This document shows, piece by piece, positions 25,641 to 36,774 of a stretch of DNA of 64,000 nt. The notes under the pieces were generated by a model. It was not told where the DNA came from. It saw only the letters and a list, made by a program, of their open reading frames with translations, and did no database searches. Position numbers and translations under genes: made by a program. Origin of the DNA: Takakia lepidozioides (lineage: Eukaryota; Plantae; Bryophyta); contig CM060731.1 in the NCBI GenBank assembly GCA_030704615.1, positions 58,280,001 through 58,344,000 on the forward strand, in the 5' to 3' direction. Within the stretch, counting starts at the first letter, position 1. Every line of letters begins with the position of its first letter.

Positions 25641-28600
25641 AAAGAATAAACAAAAGAAGGTAAAATTCTCAATCTCCAATAGGTTTCTCTATCCGAATCG
25701 TCCGACAAGGCCATCGGGTGCTGGCCTACTCTCGAAACTATTATCAAATGCAGTCTTCATTGGATCTGAATAGTGAGGTGAATATGCAGCGATATGGTTA
25801 AGCGTTTTCTCGAGAAAATGTAGAAAGCCAGAGTAGACTTCAGCTGAGGATGATCTTGTGATCTTGTCTGGAGTAGGGTACGACCAATGACGGAGAATGA
25901 GCTGGACCTGCCAATTCGGCGCCTCCGCCAATGAGATCTTCTACAGAGACTGAGCTGCTCAAGAAAGTGGCGATGTTGGAGAGCCTTCTCAAACAGCAAA
26001 GGTACTAAAGCACCCTCTTGCTTTTCTATTGTTTGGAAATTTTTTATTACTTGTGATCACAGCTAATTCATTTCTGTGTTCCCTGGCAGTGAGAATAAAG
26101 AGAATGTGATGCCTTTTGAAGACAAGGAGCGTGTAGTAATGCAAGCATTCGGAACCCATGACATCGACACGATGTATGGAAAGTTGACAAATTTCATGCG
26201 GGGTGAGAATAAGAAACACGATAGAGAGGTTTTCAAGGGCATCAAGGCATTGAGCACTCGCGAGAAAGTCGTGAAGGTTGTTGAGCACTTGTTGAGCGCT
26301 TGAAACAGGTCCTTGAAAGCCATTGAAAATGGTCACTGATGGGAAGAGTAAGAAACCCTTTGGTCGAAGGATCAAACATGGATTGGGCTTCTGTTGTGAA
26401 AGGGGATCTTGAAGAGCCTCAAATGGATGAGACAATGTACCCTCTATTCTTTCCCTTGAAGCTGGACCAACCTTGCCAAATGTGGAAGTTGTAGCTGACG
26501 AAATTTTGAAGTCCTTTCAGATCTCCATTACAGATCCTCAAGGGAAGCCCTCCTACAGAGGGTGATGGATTTTAGACCATGATGAATAAGGCCACAGAGG
26601 GATGTTGCTTTAAAATGAACTAGCTGAAGCACAGCACAAATGTAAGCTTCGTCATTTTGACAAACAAGTAAACTGATGGTCTTGTAAGAACTTTCCTAAG
26701 TAACTTTCATTTTAAAGGTAAGTTCCACAACACAACTGAGGCCTCCCTAGTGATAGAGGGTGCAAATTCTCCTCTTCCTCAAAATATCCCCCACGTTTCT
26801 GCTAAATCTCACTTGGGCATGGAATTTTGGGCCACAGGTCTATCACAGCTCGCACAATCCAGTGAGTATATCAATAGATCTTTCTGTGAAAGCCAAACTA
26901 GAAGGATGCATTGTGTGGATTGATGGGAGCAGTAGGAAGTGCTGGATTTCAGAATATGCCTCTCTGGAAAAGACATTTAGATGCTAGCTTTGAGACATGA
27001 GGGTACTCAACCCTAAACTTCCATAGCAGGCAGTCAAGTGCATGTATATACATTCTTCTCGAAATTATGGTATGTTGATACAGACCTGATGGCAGTGTGA
27101 AGGAGTTTCTGGTGGAGTTGAAGAGCACAGGCCTTGGTTCATTGCCTGGCACAGCCGCTGAAGTATGATGCTGCTCCATCTTTGTTTATCCTGTCCGGCT
27201 CTGTTTGTCTGACTTGCACTGTATGGAGTTTATGTGCCAGGATTTAACCCAACATTCTCTCTTGAACCATCCTTGTGCAACAGTGGTCCCTTCTGCCAAC
27301 TAGAGCATATAGTGCTACCAGAGTCTTAAGTGAAACTTACAGCCTTCAAGTAGTATCTTGTCAAAGTTGTGCAGATGATGAAAATTCTTAGAGCTAGAGT
27401 AGGTATTCGTGTAGAGACTATGATCCAGGAACCAATTTGTGTGCACAGATTCTGGATGATGAGGTGCGAAGTGTGTTGTGTCCCGACAAAATCAACACCG
27501 AGCAGTGGTTTGAGGTGTTTCTCCTCTCTGAAGTGCTTGCCCACAATGAAAAGTAGGGGAAAGGTATACTTTGTTGCTTGCCATGTGGGGTTTAGATAGA
27601 GCAGGGGGGAGAGTTGGGAGGGAGACAACAATACCTCAATAATGGTTTATAGAACAGAATGCTTGCTCCATTAATTGACTTACATTCGAATAAAATTAGA
27701 TTAGGTATTCCAAATGTCTAAGGATGCTCTGATTGCAGAGAGATCAAAATCTTTGGAAAGTAACTTCTTTTAACAAATGTTGACAATTGGTGTTTCTTGG
27801 GGCAAATTATGGAGACAACACATAGTGTAGGACTACAAACCACGTCCACCATTATGTTTGGTCACCTGGATCGCCCTCACCATTGGTATACAGTGTTTCA
27901 CATTGTGGCATTGTTGTCAAGTTCCAGACGTGTCATGTCTTTATCTTGATGCATTCCTTGGAAGGTCCTGTAAGAATTTTAAAAAGGTATGTCTCCAAGA
28001 GACAAGACAAGTATCTTTCAGACATTGATATTTTTTGGAAGTTATTTAACCTCAAGATTGGAACGATCTGGAGGATTCACAGAATTTGTGCCACTGCCAT
28101 TTGTTCATATGGAGGTGATGACCCCTTCCAATGTTACTGCTCATGGATGTGCAACGGACAGGATAGTGACCACACTTTTATGTACTACCTTGGTAGCCAA
28201 CTGCATCTTGTTGAAATTCCCTAACCCTCTGCTCATGAATGTCGTTTTCTTTACAGGAGGGAAAGTGCTTTACACAGGTGGTTGATAGTGTGATGTGTAG
28301 TAAAAGCAGCAAAGAGCTTGATCAAGCGGTTCATGTGAACGGGGAGAATGTCTCGTCCTTGGGTTTTTCTCTTGGGTTCTGCAACACGTCTTGTAACATG
28401 TTTGTGTAATCACTAACTTCTTGAGAAGTGTATTTCAGGCCCCTCTCTATCTGAAAGGGAGAGCACGCCGTGGACCAACCAGGAGAGAGTCTGTGCTTAT
28501 GCACTATGTGGCTCATCTTGTACTTCATCATTTCATCACCAATATTCAGGTTTTCTCAATACCCCATCCAGGTCAACTGGGACCTATCCCTCATCCATAG

Positions 28601-29030
28601 ACAACTTGTGGGGTCACAGCAAACACCTCTCGCTCTTTTTTCCTTCTCTCGTCCCGTTTTCTTCCAATTCTTTTGTGACATAAACACCCCTTGTGAAGGT
28701 AGGATCTGCCCAAGAAGTGGAGACAGTGAATTCGTTCGTTCTTCTCTTTCCTAATCCCCCAGTCTCTTCTCAAAGATTTCGCAGGGCTACCAGAGGCCTT
28801 GAGGATCCGAAGTGCTTTTGCAGCTAACTTGCATGTAGTCTCATAGTGACATTTGGGTTCATAGACAGGTGCTTTGGTAATGTCTTGTAGTTTTACTGTG
28901 CCTTAGCCCTCTGGCAGCCGGCCCCCTTGGCATGTTCTTCTATTTAGGGTTTACTGATGGTAACTTTTCATGGTGGTTCATCTGCTTCTGGTGAGAAATG
29001 GATCAAACTTTTGACCTTATGTGTTCGTAG

Positions 29031-29584
29031 GGGTTCAAGAGTTCGGTGAGGATATGGATGCTAAAATCATGGGATGAGGGTCTGTACTGCTAAATGCAAC
29101 AGAACGATCACAAGCCCCACAGCTAAATACAGGAATACGTGCACCATCCATCCGACAAAGTAAACTACTGATTGTTGATCTTGCTGGATCTGAGTGTGTT
29201 GACAAATCTGGTTTGTCTCATTTCACTTTCTTTTTCTCTCCCTCCCTCTTTTGGTGTATCTATATTCTTCTCCTGCATTGAAATTGTCTTCTTTGTCTTT
29301 AAAGCTATGTTTTATTCACTTGTTTGATTGTTACAGGCAAAGCGTCCTTCTTTGGCTATCTTGTATGCCTTGCTTTTGTTGTTGTGCTAGAGACACTACC
29401 TTAATACGGTCATTTTTGTTCTTGGTGGAGGCAGGCAGTGAGGGCCATACCCTAGAAGAGGCCAAATCCATCAACCTGTCTCTGACAGCATTGGGAAAGT
29501 GCATCAATGCCCTTGCTGAAAACAGTCCACATGTGCCTATTCGTGACTCCAAGTTGACCCGCATGCTTCGTGATTATTTTGGAG
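29031..29584 (+). pseudogene. Captured two-exon fragment of an armadillo-repeat kinesin (ARK/KINU) motor domain with its intron
   Basis: [17 protein letters not shown] | intron 29211-29434 | [51 protein letters not shown] | GT. Confidence 0.85.
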
Positions 29585-30814
29585 GTTCTCTCTCTGTCTC
29601 TCACCTTTCACGCACCCAAGAAAGAAAAGTGGGAGAGGCTCACTTGTTTCTATTACTAAGAATTTGTAAGGGACAGATCAATGGATAACATATGACAAGA
29701 ATTGTTTTTGCCCTAATGTTTATTGTTCCTCTGTTTTCGGTCACTTGGATGCAAACCTAGGAAGTGAGTCATTTGTGAACCACAAGTGTTTCTTATTAGT
29801 CTCTGTTTACAGAAATGAAGTGTTTGATGAGTGGGACCTACACCAGTCTGCAACTTCATAGTCCTGTATGTGTTTATTAATTGCTGGTACATATTCTTCT
29901 TAAGTGATGGCTTCTCTGTCTGGGGCTTACTCGGCACAATACACCCAGGGTTCTCAGCTTAAACTAATGGAACCTGTTTGTGTTTGAAGACATCACCTTT
30001 ACAGTTTAAGGTCTGCAGGTCTAAAGGTAATGGCTGGGGTGGCTGATTGGTTTGTTGCAATCAGTGGAGTTCAGTAAAATTGTGAGTCTTTAACTTGGAG
30101 AGATTAGTAGTCATGATTCCTGCTTCCCAGGCTTCCATTCTTATATAATCATAGATTCAAGTGTACATAACACCACGCTCGTAAGAATACACTATTTGAA
30201 TGAGTTGAAGGTGTGATCTATATCACATGTACAGTCTCTTTTGTCCTTCACCAGCATTGTTAGCAAATCTGTGTTCGTGCAAGATGTGCCTTTATGTGCC
30301 TTGCCTTCATTTGTGCAGGGAGCAATGCTTACCCACTACAATCTGATTCAACGTTGTTGGAAGTACAATGGGCGCCATCCTTTATCCTACAGATGTGTAA
30401 GGGCACTCATTGCTTGGTTTTCATTCCATAACTAAATCATTTCAACTGCCCATGTGTTAAATGCATCAGCACACCCTGTCTTGGGGTGATTCTAGTAACC
30501 AAGTAGTGAACTGCGTGTTTTGTGGCCATATTTTATTAATTGTGGGGGTATGTCTTCGTTTTTAGGGCAGGGAGGAGGTGAAGGAGATGGTAGCGTGAGC
30601 TGCAGTCACCTCTTGCTAGCTCCTTTGTGACTTTCAACAGTTGTTTATGTGCTAAGAAGGGATTGTACAGGGGACCTCAACTATGCATTGTATGGCGGAC
30701 CTCAATAGAGGCAGCTGCAGTAACAATAGCCTCTTGGCCTTTATTTTAGCTTATGTGCACTGCACATCATAGACAAACTACATATGTAGGAAGCAAGGGA
30801 AGTTGCTATATATG

Positions 30815-31085
30815 GACACCAAAAGTGTATTATAATACCATCAAAAGAAGTACCTGGAAAGTGTATCACAAGACCATCTGGAATATCAAAATATCATGTG
30901 GAATATCAAAAAAAGTGCCACCTGAAAAGTGTATTATAATGCCATCTGGAATCTCAAAAAAAGTGCCACCTGGAAAGTCTATTATAATGCCATCTGGAAT
31001 CTCAATAGAAGTGCCACTGGAAAGTGTATCATAATACGGCTCATAATACCATATGGAGTTTTTAAGGAAAAGAACCTGGAAAAGT
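30815..31085. repeat. Subterminal tandem repeats (~48 bp) of the large transposon
   Basis: About 5 copies of gccacctggaaagtgtattataatgccatctggaatctcaaaaaaagt, ~160-430 bp from the right terminus. Confidence 0.8.
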
Positions 31086-33400
31086 CCACTAAATTTTGAA
31101 AAGGATGTTCGGACTTAATTTCCCTGGTGTCCAATCAGGGAATGGTTCAATTTGCAAATCCCCTACTTAGTTCTAAATATCAGGCAATCTTCATAGCAAT
31201 TTTAAACTAATTTCCACATTGGAATTTGACCAAACCTCCCTGTTCCTCGAGAGTCTAATTAAGAGAACGGCCCTGAGGCCAAGACTGATTGTCTCGTTTG
31301 CGTACATATCATCTCTTCCACGTTCAATGCAGGTGGTGCTGGTCGGCCACAGCTTGGGGGGTTTGAGTGTCACACGGGCTATGGAGCTCTTCAGTGAGAA
31401 AATATCTGTAGCAGTCTTTCTGACAGCTCTTATGCTTCCCAGCGGCGATCCAACAAATGTAGATGAGCTCCGTGATCTTGTACGTGCCGGCTCATAATTA
31501 TCACCTCGGCATGTCAAACTCCTATATCGTTAGATTAAAGTTCTTCATGTCAATCTGCAAAAGGTCCCTATACAAGTTTTGACAGACCGGCATCTTGCTT
31601 AAATTAAAGTCTTGAACTGGATGCTGCGCAGTGGAACCCACCACCGGAACTTGTAGTTTCCGAATTTGGAAAAGGCACGGAGAACCCCCCAACAAGTATT
31701 CAATTGATCCCAGCTATTCGACAAGAAACTTTCTACAGCAAGAGTCCATCACAGGTGATTTAATCGTTGTTTACAAAAGAATTGATCTAGAGCAGGTGGC
31801 CTACATAGAGGAGGTTCCTTGATGTGATTTTTGAAAGTTGGTGGACAGAGGTGCAGGGACTCAGCTCTTGATGACCAGTCCTAAGAACAGTCGCTCTAGA
31901 GCTCAAGAGAATACCCCTCAGAAAATGGATAGTATCTTCAGGAGTCTTCAGCCGCCGCCCGCACATCGGGCATTGACTGCAATCTCCCTTTCCTCTCTGA
32001 TCTGTTTGATTGGTTGAACAAAGGTAGACTTCCGCTCGAGTTTAAATTTCAGTCTAATGCCAAGGATAAGTAGGCCCTCAAGTGTAACATGTGTGTGAGT
32101 CTGGTCCCTGTGAGAGAGAGAGCTGATGTATCCGCCATTGGTACTACACATTTTGCAGGACGTTGTGTTGGCAAACATGATGATCAGACCAATCCCTCAC
32201 TCAATATTTAGAAGTCCAGGCGGCACCATTCTCACTGCAGAAAAGTATGGAAGCATTCCAAGAGTTTATATCCGAACTGAGTTTGACCACGCTTTGCCAC
32301 CTGAGATGCAAGAGGCTTTCATTAAGCTCATTCCACCCACTCAGGTGCTCACGATCAACTCTGATCACAGTCCTTCCTTCTCCGCCCCAGTTGAGCTGAA
32401 TCAGATGCTCTTGAACATCGCCCACACTTACACATATTGACCCTCGAATTCAGAGATGAAGTTTGAACTTTGGATTATTCACAGTGAGCCTGCACTGTTG
32501 GGAGATACAGTCTAAGTACTGACACAGCCTGACCAATGCTGATCATGTGTTTCTTTCAGTATTTCTTGATTTTATTTGAATGGGCAACTAAAACACTCTC
32601 ATCACCAGTGTTTTATTTTTCATATTTCTAAAATCGCTGGCGGGGCCACCTGTGAATTCTACCCGCCCATGTGGCGAAAATATCGAGGTAGCATCGATCG
32701 TGAATTGGCGATGCAGGTCTCGAGCTCCATTCCCTGAACGTAGCTCCGGTGGTACAACTACCTCCATGGAGGTGGGTATGTAACTACTCTCATGTAGGTA
32801 GTTTCAGCTTGGTTTTGCACCTTCATGTAGAAAATCTTAAAACTACCTGCATGGAGGTAGTTGTAAATTTCATATGCCAAAAAAATTATAAGTCCTCGCT
32901 GCATGAAGATAGTGTGCTCCTATATTAATGAGACGGTGGGCCCCATCGTCTGACCAGCCTCATTACGACGAGGCCACACAAAATTCTGAGGCTCAAGCAA
33001 CCCTCAATTGAGGCTTCGATTAGTACTACTTACTCCACCTTTCAATGAAAGCGACATTGAACTTCAATTTTTTTTTTCATTTTGGCTTAGAAGCGTAGAT
33101 GGCTACAAAATTTGAAGGCTAAGTGCAAAGGTGGCGATGACATAGATGCTTCGCTAAAAATCAACTGGCTACAGGCTATTTCATTTGCATGCAATATGAC
33201 GATTTGAGTATTTTGTGTATGCATTGGATAGGCGATACAAATAAAAATTGAGGCATAAAGTAGTGGCTACAAGAGGCCACATATTGTTGCAATGTGGCGA
33301 CAATGCCATGGTCGAAGTGCATTTGCTGGCACTAGAGCCTAATCTCAAGTAGCAAAGTGGCACCATTGCCTAATGTCAAGAAGCAATGTAAGCATAACAG

Positions 33401-34060
33401 TCTATTTAAAATCTGAAATCTGAAATTTATTGATCGAGTCTCAAACTGGGCCAGCAAGCATCATGCCTCAATATCAAATAACAAAGTGACACCATAGTCC
33501 AATTTGAAGGAGCAAACTCGTACCATGGCAGCCCACTCACAATATGAAATCTAAAATAATTAATCAACTCTATTTAAAATCTGAAATTTATTGATCGAGT
33601 CTCAAACTGGGCCAGCAAGCATCATGCCTCAATATCAAATAACAAAGTGACACCATAGTCCAATTTGAAGGAGCAAACTCGTACCATGGCAGCCCACTCA
33701 CAATATGAAATCTAAAATAATTAATCAACTCTATTTAAAATCTGAAATCTGAAATTAATTGGTCCAGTCTTAATCTGGGGCAGTAAGCATCGCCTCAATA
33801 TCAAATAACAAAGTGACACCGTAGTCCAATTTGAAGGAGCAAACTCGTAGCAAAGTAGGCATGGCAGCCCACTCACAATCTGAAATCTAAAATAATTAAT
33901 CAAAGAAGTCCAAAGATGGCCAGCAAAAACCATAGCCTCAATTTCAAGGAGCAAGGTGGCACCATTGAGGATGGTGAAGGAACAAACTGATACCAAGTGA
34001 GGCAGGACAGCCCACTCACAATCTGAAATCTGAAACTAATTAATCAAAGAAGTCCTACAA
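33401..34060. repeat. Tandem repeat, ~160-170-bp unit, three good copies plus degenerate ones
   Basis: tctatttaaaatctgaaat..ctcaatatcaaataacaaagtgacacc..catggcagcccactcacaat..aaataattaatcaa starts at 33401, 33569 and 33730. Confidence 0.85.
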
Positions 34061-35232
34061 TGGGCCAGTAAACATCACGACGTCAATTTCAAATAGCAAG
34101 GTAGCACCATAGCCCAATGTGAAAGAGCAATATGGTACCAAAACAAACTACAGTACAAAGATCTTAGGCGAAATTTTGAAAGCAAGCTCTGAGGAGATGG
34201 CGATGGTGAAGCTCCGTAGGGCTGTGCACAGTGGCAACGGCCTGCCCTTGCGGCAGCCAAAACCCTGGCGATCCAACGATCCAGGTCGTGCTGCATGGCG
34301 AGATCTCTATCGTTGATCGCGCGATGGGGCGACAGCATATGGCTGTGGGGAACGTGTATTTCTGGCGCAACTCGCATGTTCCCATGGAGTTTTCTGGCAC
34401 CAGCCCGTGCGCGCCCCTATTTTCTGGCGCATTTTTTGTTTTTTTTCCCAGGATTTTACATAGGGCTGTCCTGTCGCAGCCCTTTGTTTTTTATCGCTTT
34501 TAGGCTCCATTTCGCCTAAAAAAGAAGCGCTGCGTTGAAGTGAAGCAACTCTTCTTTGGGCACTCAAGCCCATTTTCGACTCATTTCTGCCCTACACATT
34601 CTCAGAGTCAGCCACATAGTGCTGAATTAAATGCATCTTTGTCCTGTTCTCGGTAAGGACACAAGCTTACCTGACCAGTGACGTGATCATGACACGCTTT
34701 CTTTCTTTATCCGACACAGTGCAGGCCTCATGATTCCTTATGATAACTGCCAAAGCATCTAAACTTGCAAACCCTCTGTTCTATCCACAACAGTGGCTGT
34801 CCTTCAGTCCTAAGAGCTGGCCCTTCCAAAGCAGGAAAACTGGGAGTACAGCCACTTGTCCTGGTGCCATGGACATGCCAGGTTCGCCACCTCCATTCCC
34901 ATCGATGGGGGGTGGGGCTGGGGCTGGGGGAGACACAAGGCTCTTATGATAAGAGTAAGGCAAAGCAGTGAAAGTAGTACCCTTAAAGACTCATCATGGG
35001 GGAACCATGGGGATGATCACAAAAAAATCCTTGCATTTAAGATTACAATGTCCTGCTGAAAGTGCTAGTGCAGAAGTTGCACTACTGGTCTAAGCCCCCC
35101 CCCCCCCCCCAACAACAATTTATCCACAGAGCTTGATAAAAATTCCAACATGTAACCTACTTCTCAGGTAGTCACCATGTAGAGCAAGAGGAAAAAAGCT
35201 GTAATCAGCCACACACTGGAGTCGTCTGAGGC

Positions 35233-36774
35233 CTAGATGTTCCCCACAATGTGTCGTTTCAATACATGGAGAACGACGTCTGGTGAGCTGAGTTGTGGCA
35301 AATGACCCTCTGTTGGCATAACTTCAACAATAGTGGGGCCACCAAGCGAGTGGCGGAGATAATCTGCCACGACTACTGGGACTGCCAGATCCTGGCTACT
35401 CTGAATAATATGGCAAGGCACAATCACCTGCATTCCATCAATCCAAGAAGTAAATCCCAAACCATTTTTCAAGGCAACTATCTCAGTCAGTACTTTGTAA
35501 GGTTTTTCAAGTAACTTGCACCACAAAGGTCTTGCACACCTCCGAAGAAATTGAAATACACATACCCTGTGCAATCATCGAGTGAGGAGATGTGTTGATT
35601 CCAGAGTTAGTATGCATCATTCAGCCAACCGTGTTCAATCTAATTGAATTACAGTCTAGTGCTTAGGGAGGGGAGAAGTGAGGTATCTTCACAGCAAGAC
35701 TGCAAGGTAAAAGGTGCATTCTGCAGACAACAGTGGCGTTCAGACAATATGCCCGGACTCATGAGGATTGGGTGCAGGATTCTCAAATACGAGATTAATG
35801 TTGATGACAATGGCCATCAACAGACAGACCTTGGTTCTCTGAGACACAGTCAAGGTATGCCTTACCATCCAAGGTCAGTTGGCACTAGAAAGGTGTGAGC
35901 AAATATATGTGTTCCAAATCTGAGCCGACAAGAATTCCATAAGTGCCATGTAAACCTGTATTGGAACTGCAAGAAGTCAATCAAATAGGTCCAAAGCAAA
36001 CATACCTGTGACAATATGCTGCGCAAATCACACTGGAAAATGGTCTTAGCTACACTCAAAGCAATGTCAGGTCGAATGTTGAAGAGCGTTCTACTGAACT
36101 CCTGGACTGCCATGGATTCTAAGTCCGCTCCTACAGCAAGGGGTGCGAAGCCAGACACCCAGGCCTTGAAATTGGATTGCATTGCTTCAAAGAGCTGGTT
36201 GAGATCTTCCTGCTCAAAGCCCCCGAAGTAGTCCACATCATTCAGATACCTGCATGGTTTAAATACCCAGTGTGTGATTACCTCTAGAGTGCAGGCGGAC
36301 CAAAGAGACTATACATGGGGGAAGCACTGACTTTCAAACTCCTTTGTAAGAATCTCACTGGACTGAATCTCACAGGGTGCATACGAACCTTGGGGAGCCA
36401 GAGATCATCACAATTTTGGAGAAGAGAGAAGGCCGCTCGATCGATGCCAGACAGCCGACCATACCCGATACAGAATGCCCAACATAGATACATTTATCAA
36501 TTTGAAGCTCATCTAGGATCGCCAGCAAGTCGTCAGCATATCCATGCAATGTCGAGTATCTGGGAAAGCTGAAGTAATCAGGATTGGTGGTTCCAGCACC
36601 CATAGTATCAAAAAGAATGACACGGTACTCATCGATGAGACTCGGTAGAATATGCTTCCACGCGGATTGATCAGTGCCGAACCCATGGCCCAAGACCACC
36701 AAGTCCTCACCCAAGCCAACTACACGCACATTGTGAGCCTCAAGGAGGGTTGGGAGCTGAAGGAGCTGAGACAT
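35233..36774 (-). CDS. KAI2: KARRIKIN INSENSITIVE 2 alpha/beta-hydrolase receptor; exons 36774-36389, 36249-36006, 35427-35233; 274 aa
   Basis: [21 protein letters not shown], triad GHSVSG / QDLAVP / [46 protein letters not shown]. Canonical splice sites, 825 nt in frame. Confidence 0.95.

Larger units (their letters stand above)
22780..26720 (+). pseudogene. Probable second (ORF2/TnpA-like) multi-exon gene of the transposon, degenerate
   Basis: YEKLRMENIKRNNAKLHELNL motif, then charged exon-like ORFs (24793-25256, 25438-25660, 26089-26303) ending at AG|GT donors. Oriented divergently from the transposase. Confidence 0.45.
13267..31243 (-). mobile_element. ~18-kb CMC/En-Spm (CACTA-superfamily) DNA transposon with captured gene fragments, in MES intron 1
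   Basis: Imperfect TIR: acaaggaggttatgaccatttcc versus reverse complement acagggaggtttggtcaaattcc (17/23 match). TCC on both sides (13264-13266, 31244-31246). Internal transposase and subterminal repeats. Joined flanks align with the paralogous intron at ~4055-4150. Confidence 0.85.
12963..32440 (+). pseudogene. MES/SABP2/HNL-family methylesterase (alpha/beta hydrolase); exons 12963-13184, 31333-31479, 31632-31754, 32159-32440; ~257 codons with a TAG at codon 30
   Basis: [17 protein letters not shown]; nucleophile GHSLGG; Asp in TEFDHAL; His in SDHSP. GT-AG boundaries keep the frame. In-frame TAG at 13050-13052. Confidence 0.9.

Noticed and set aside
13267-31243. Helitron interpretation of the cargo element
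   Set aside because: No Rep/helicase and no TC..CTRR ends; it has inverted termini, a TSD and an En/Spm-type transposase.
13266-31243. Canonical CAC..GTG termini with a 2-bp TSD
   Set aside because: Requires assuming a lost G at the right end. ACA..TGT with TCC fits the sequence as written, though other copies are needed to settle it.
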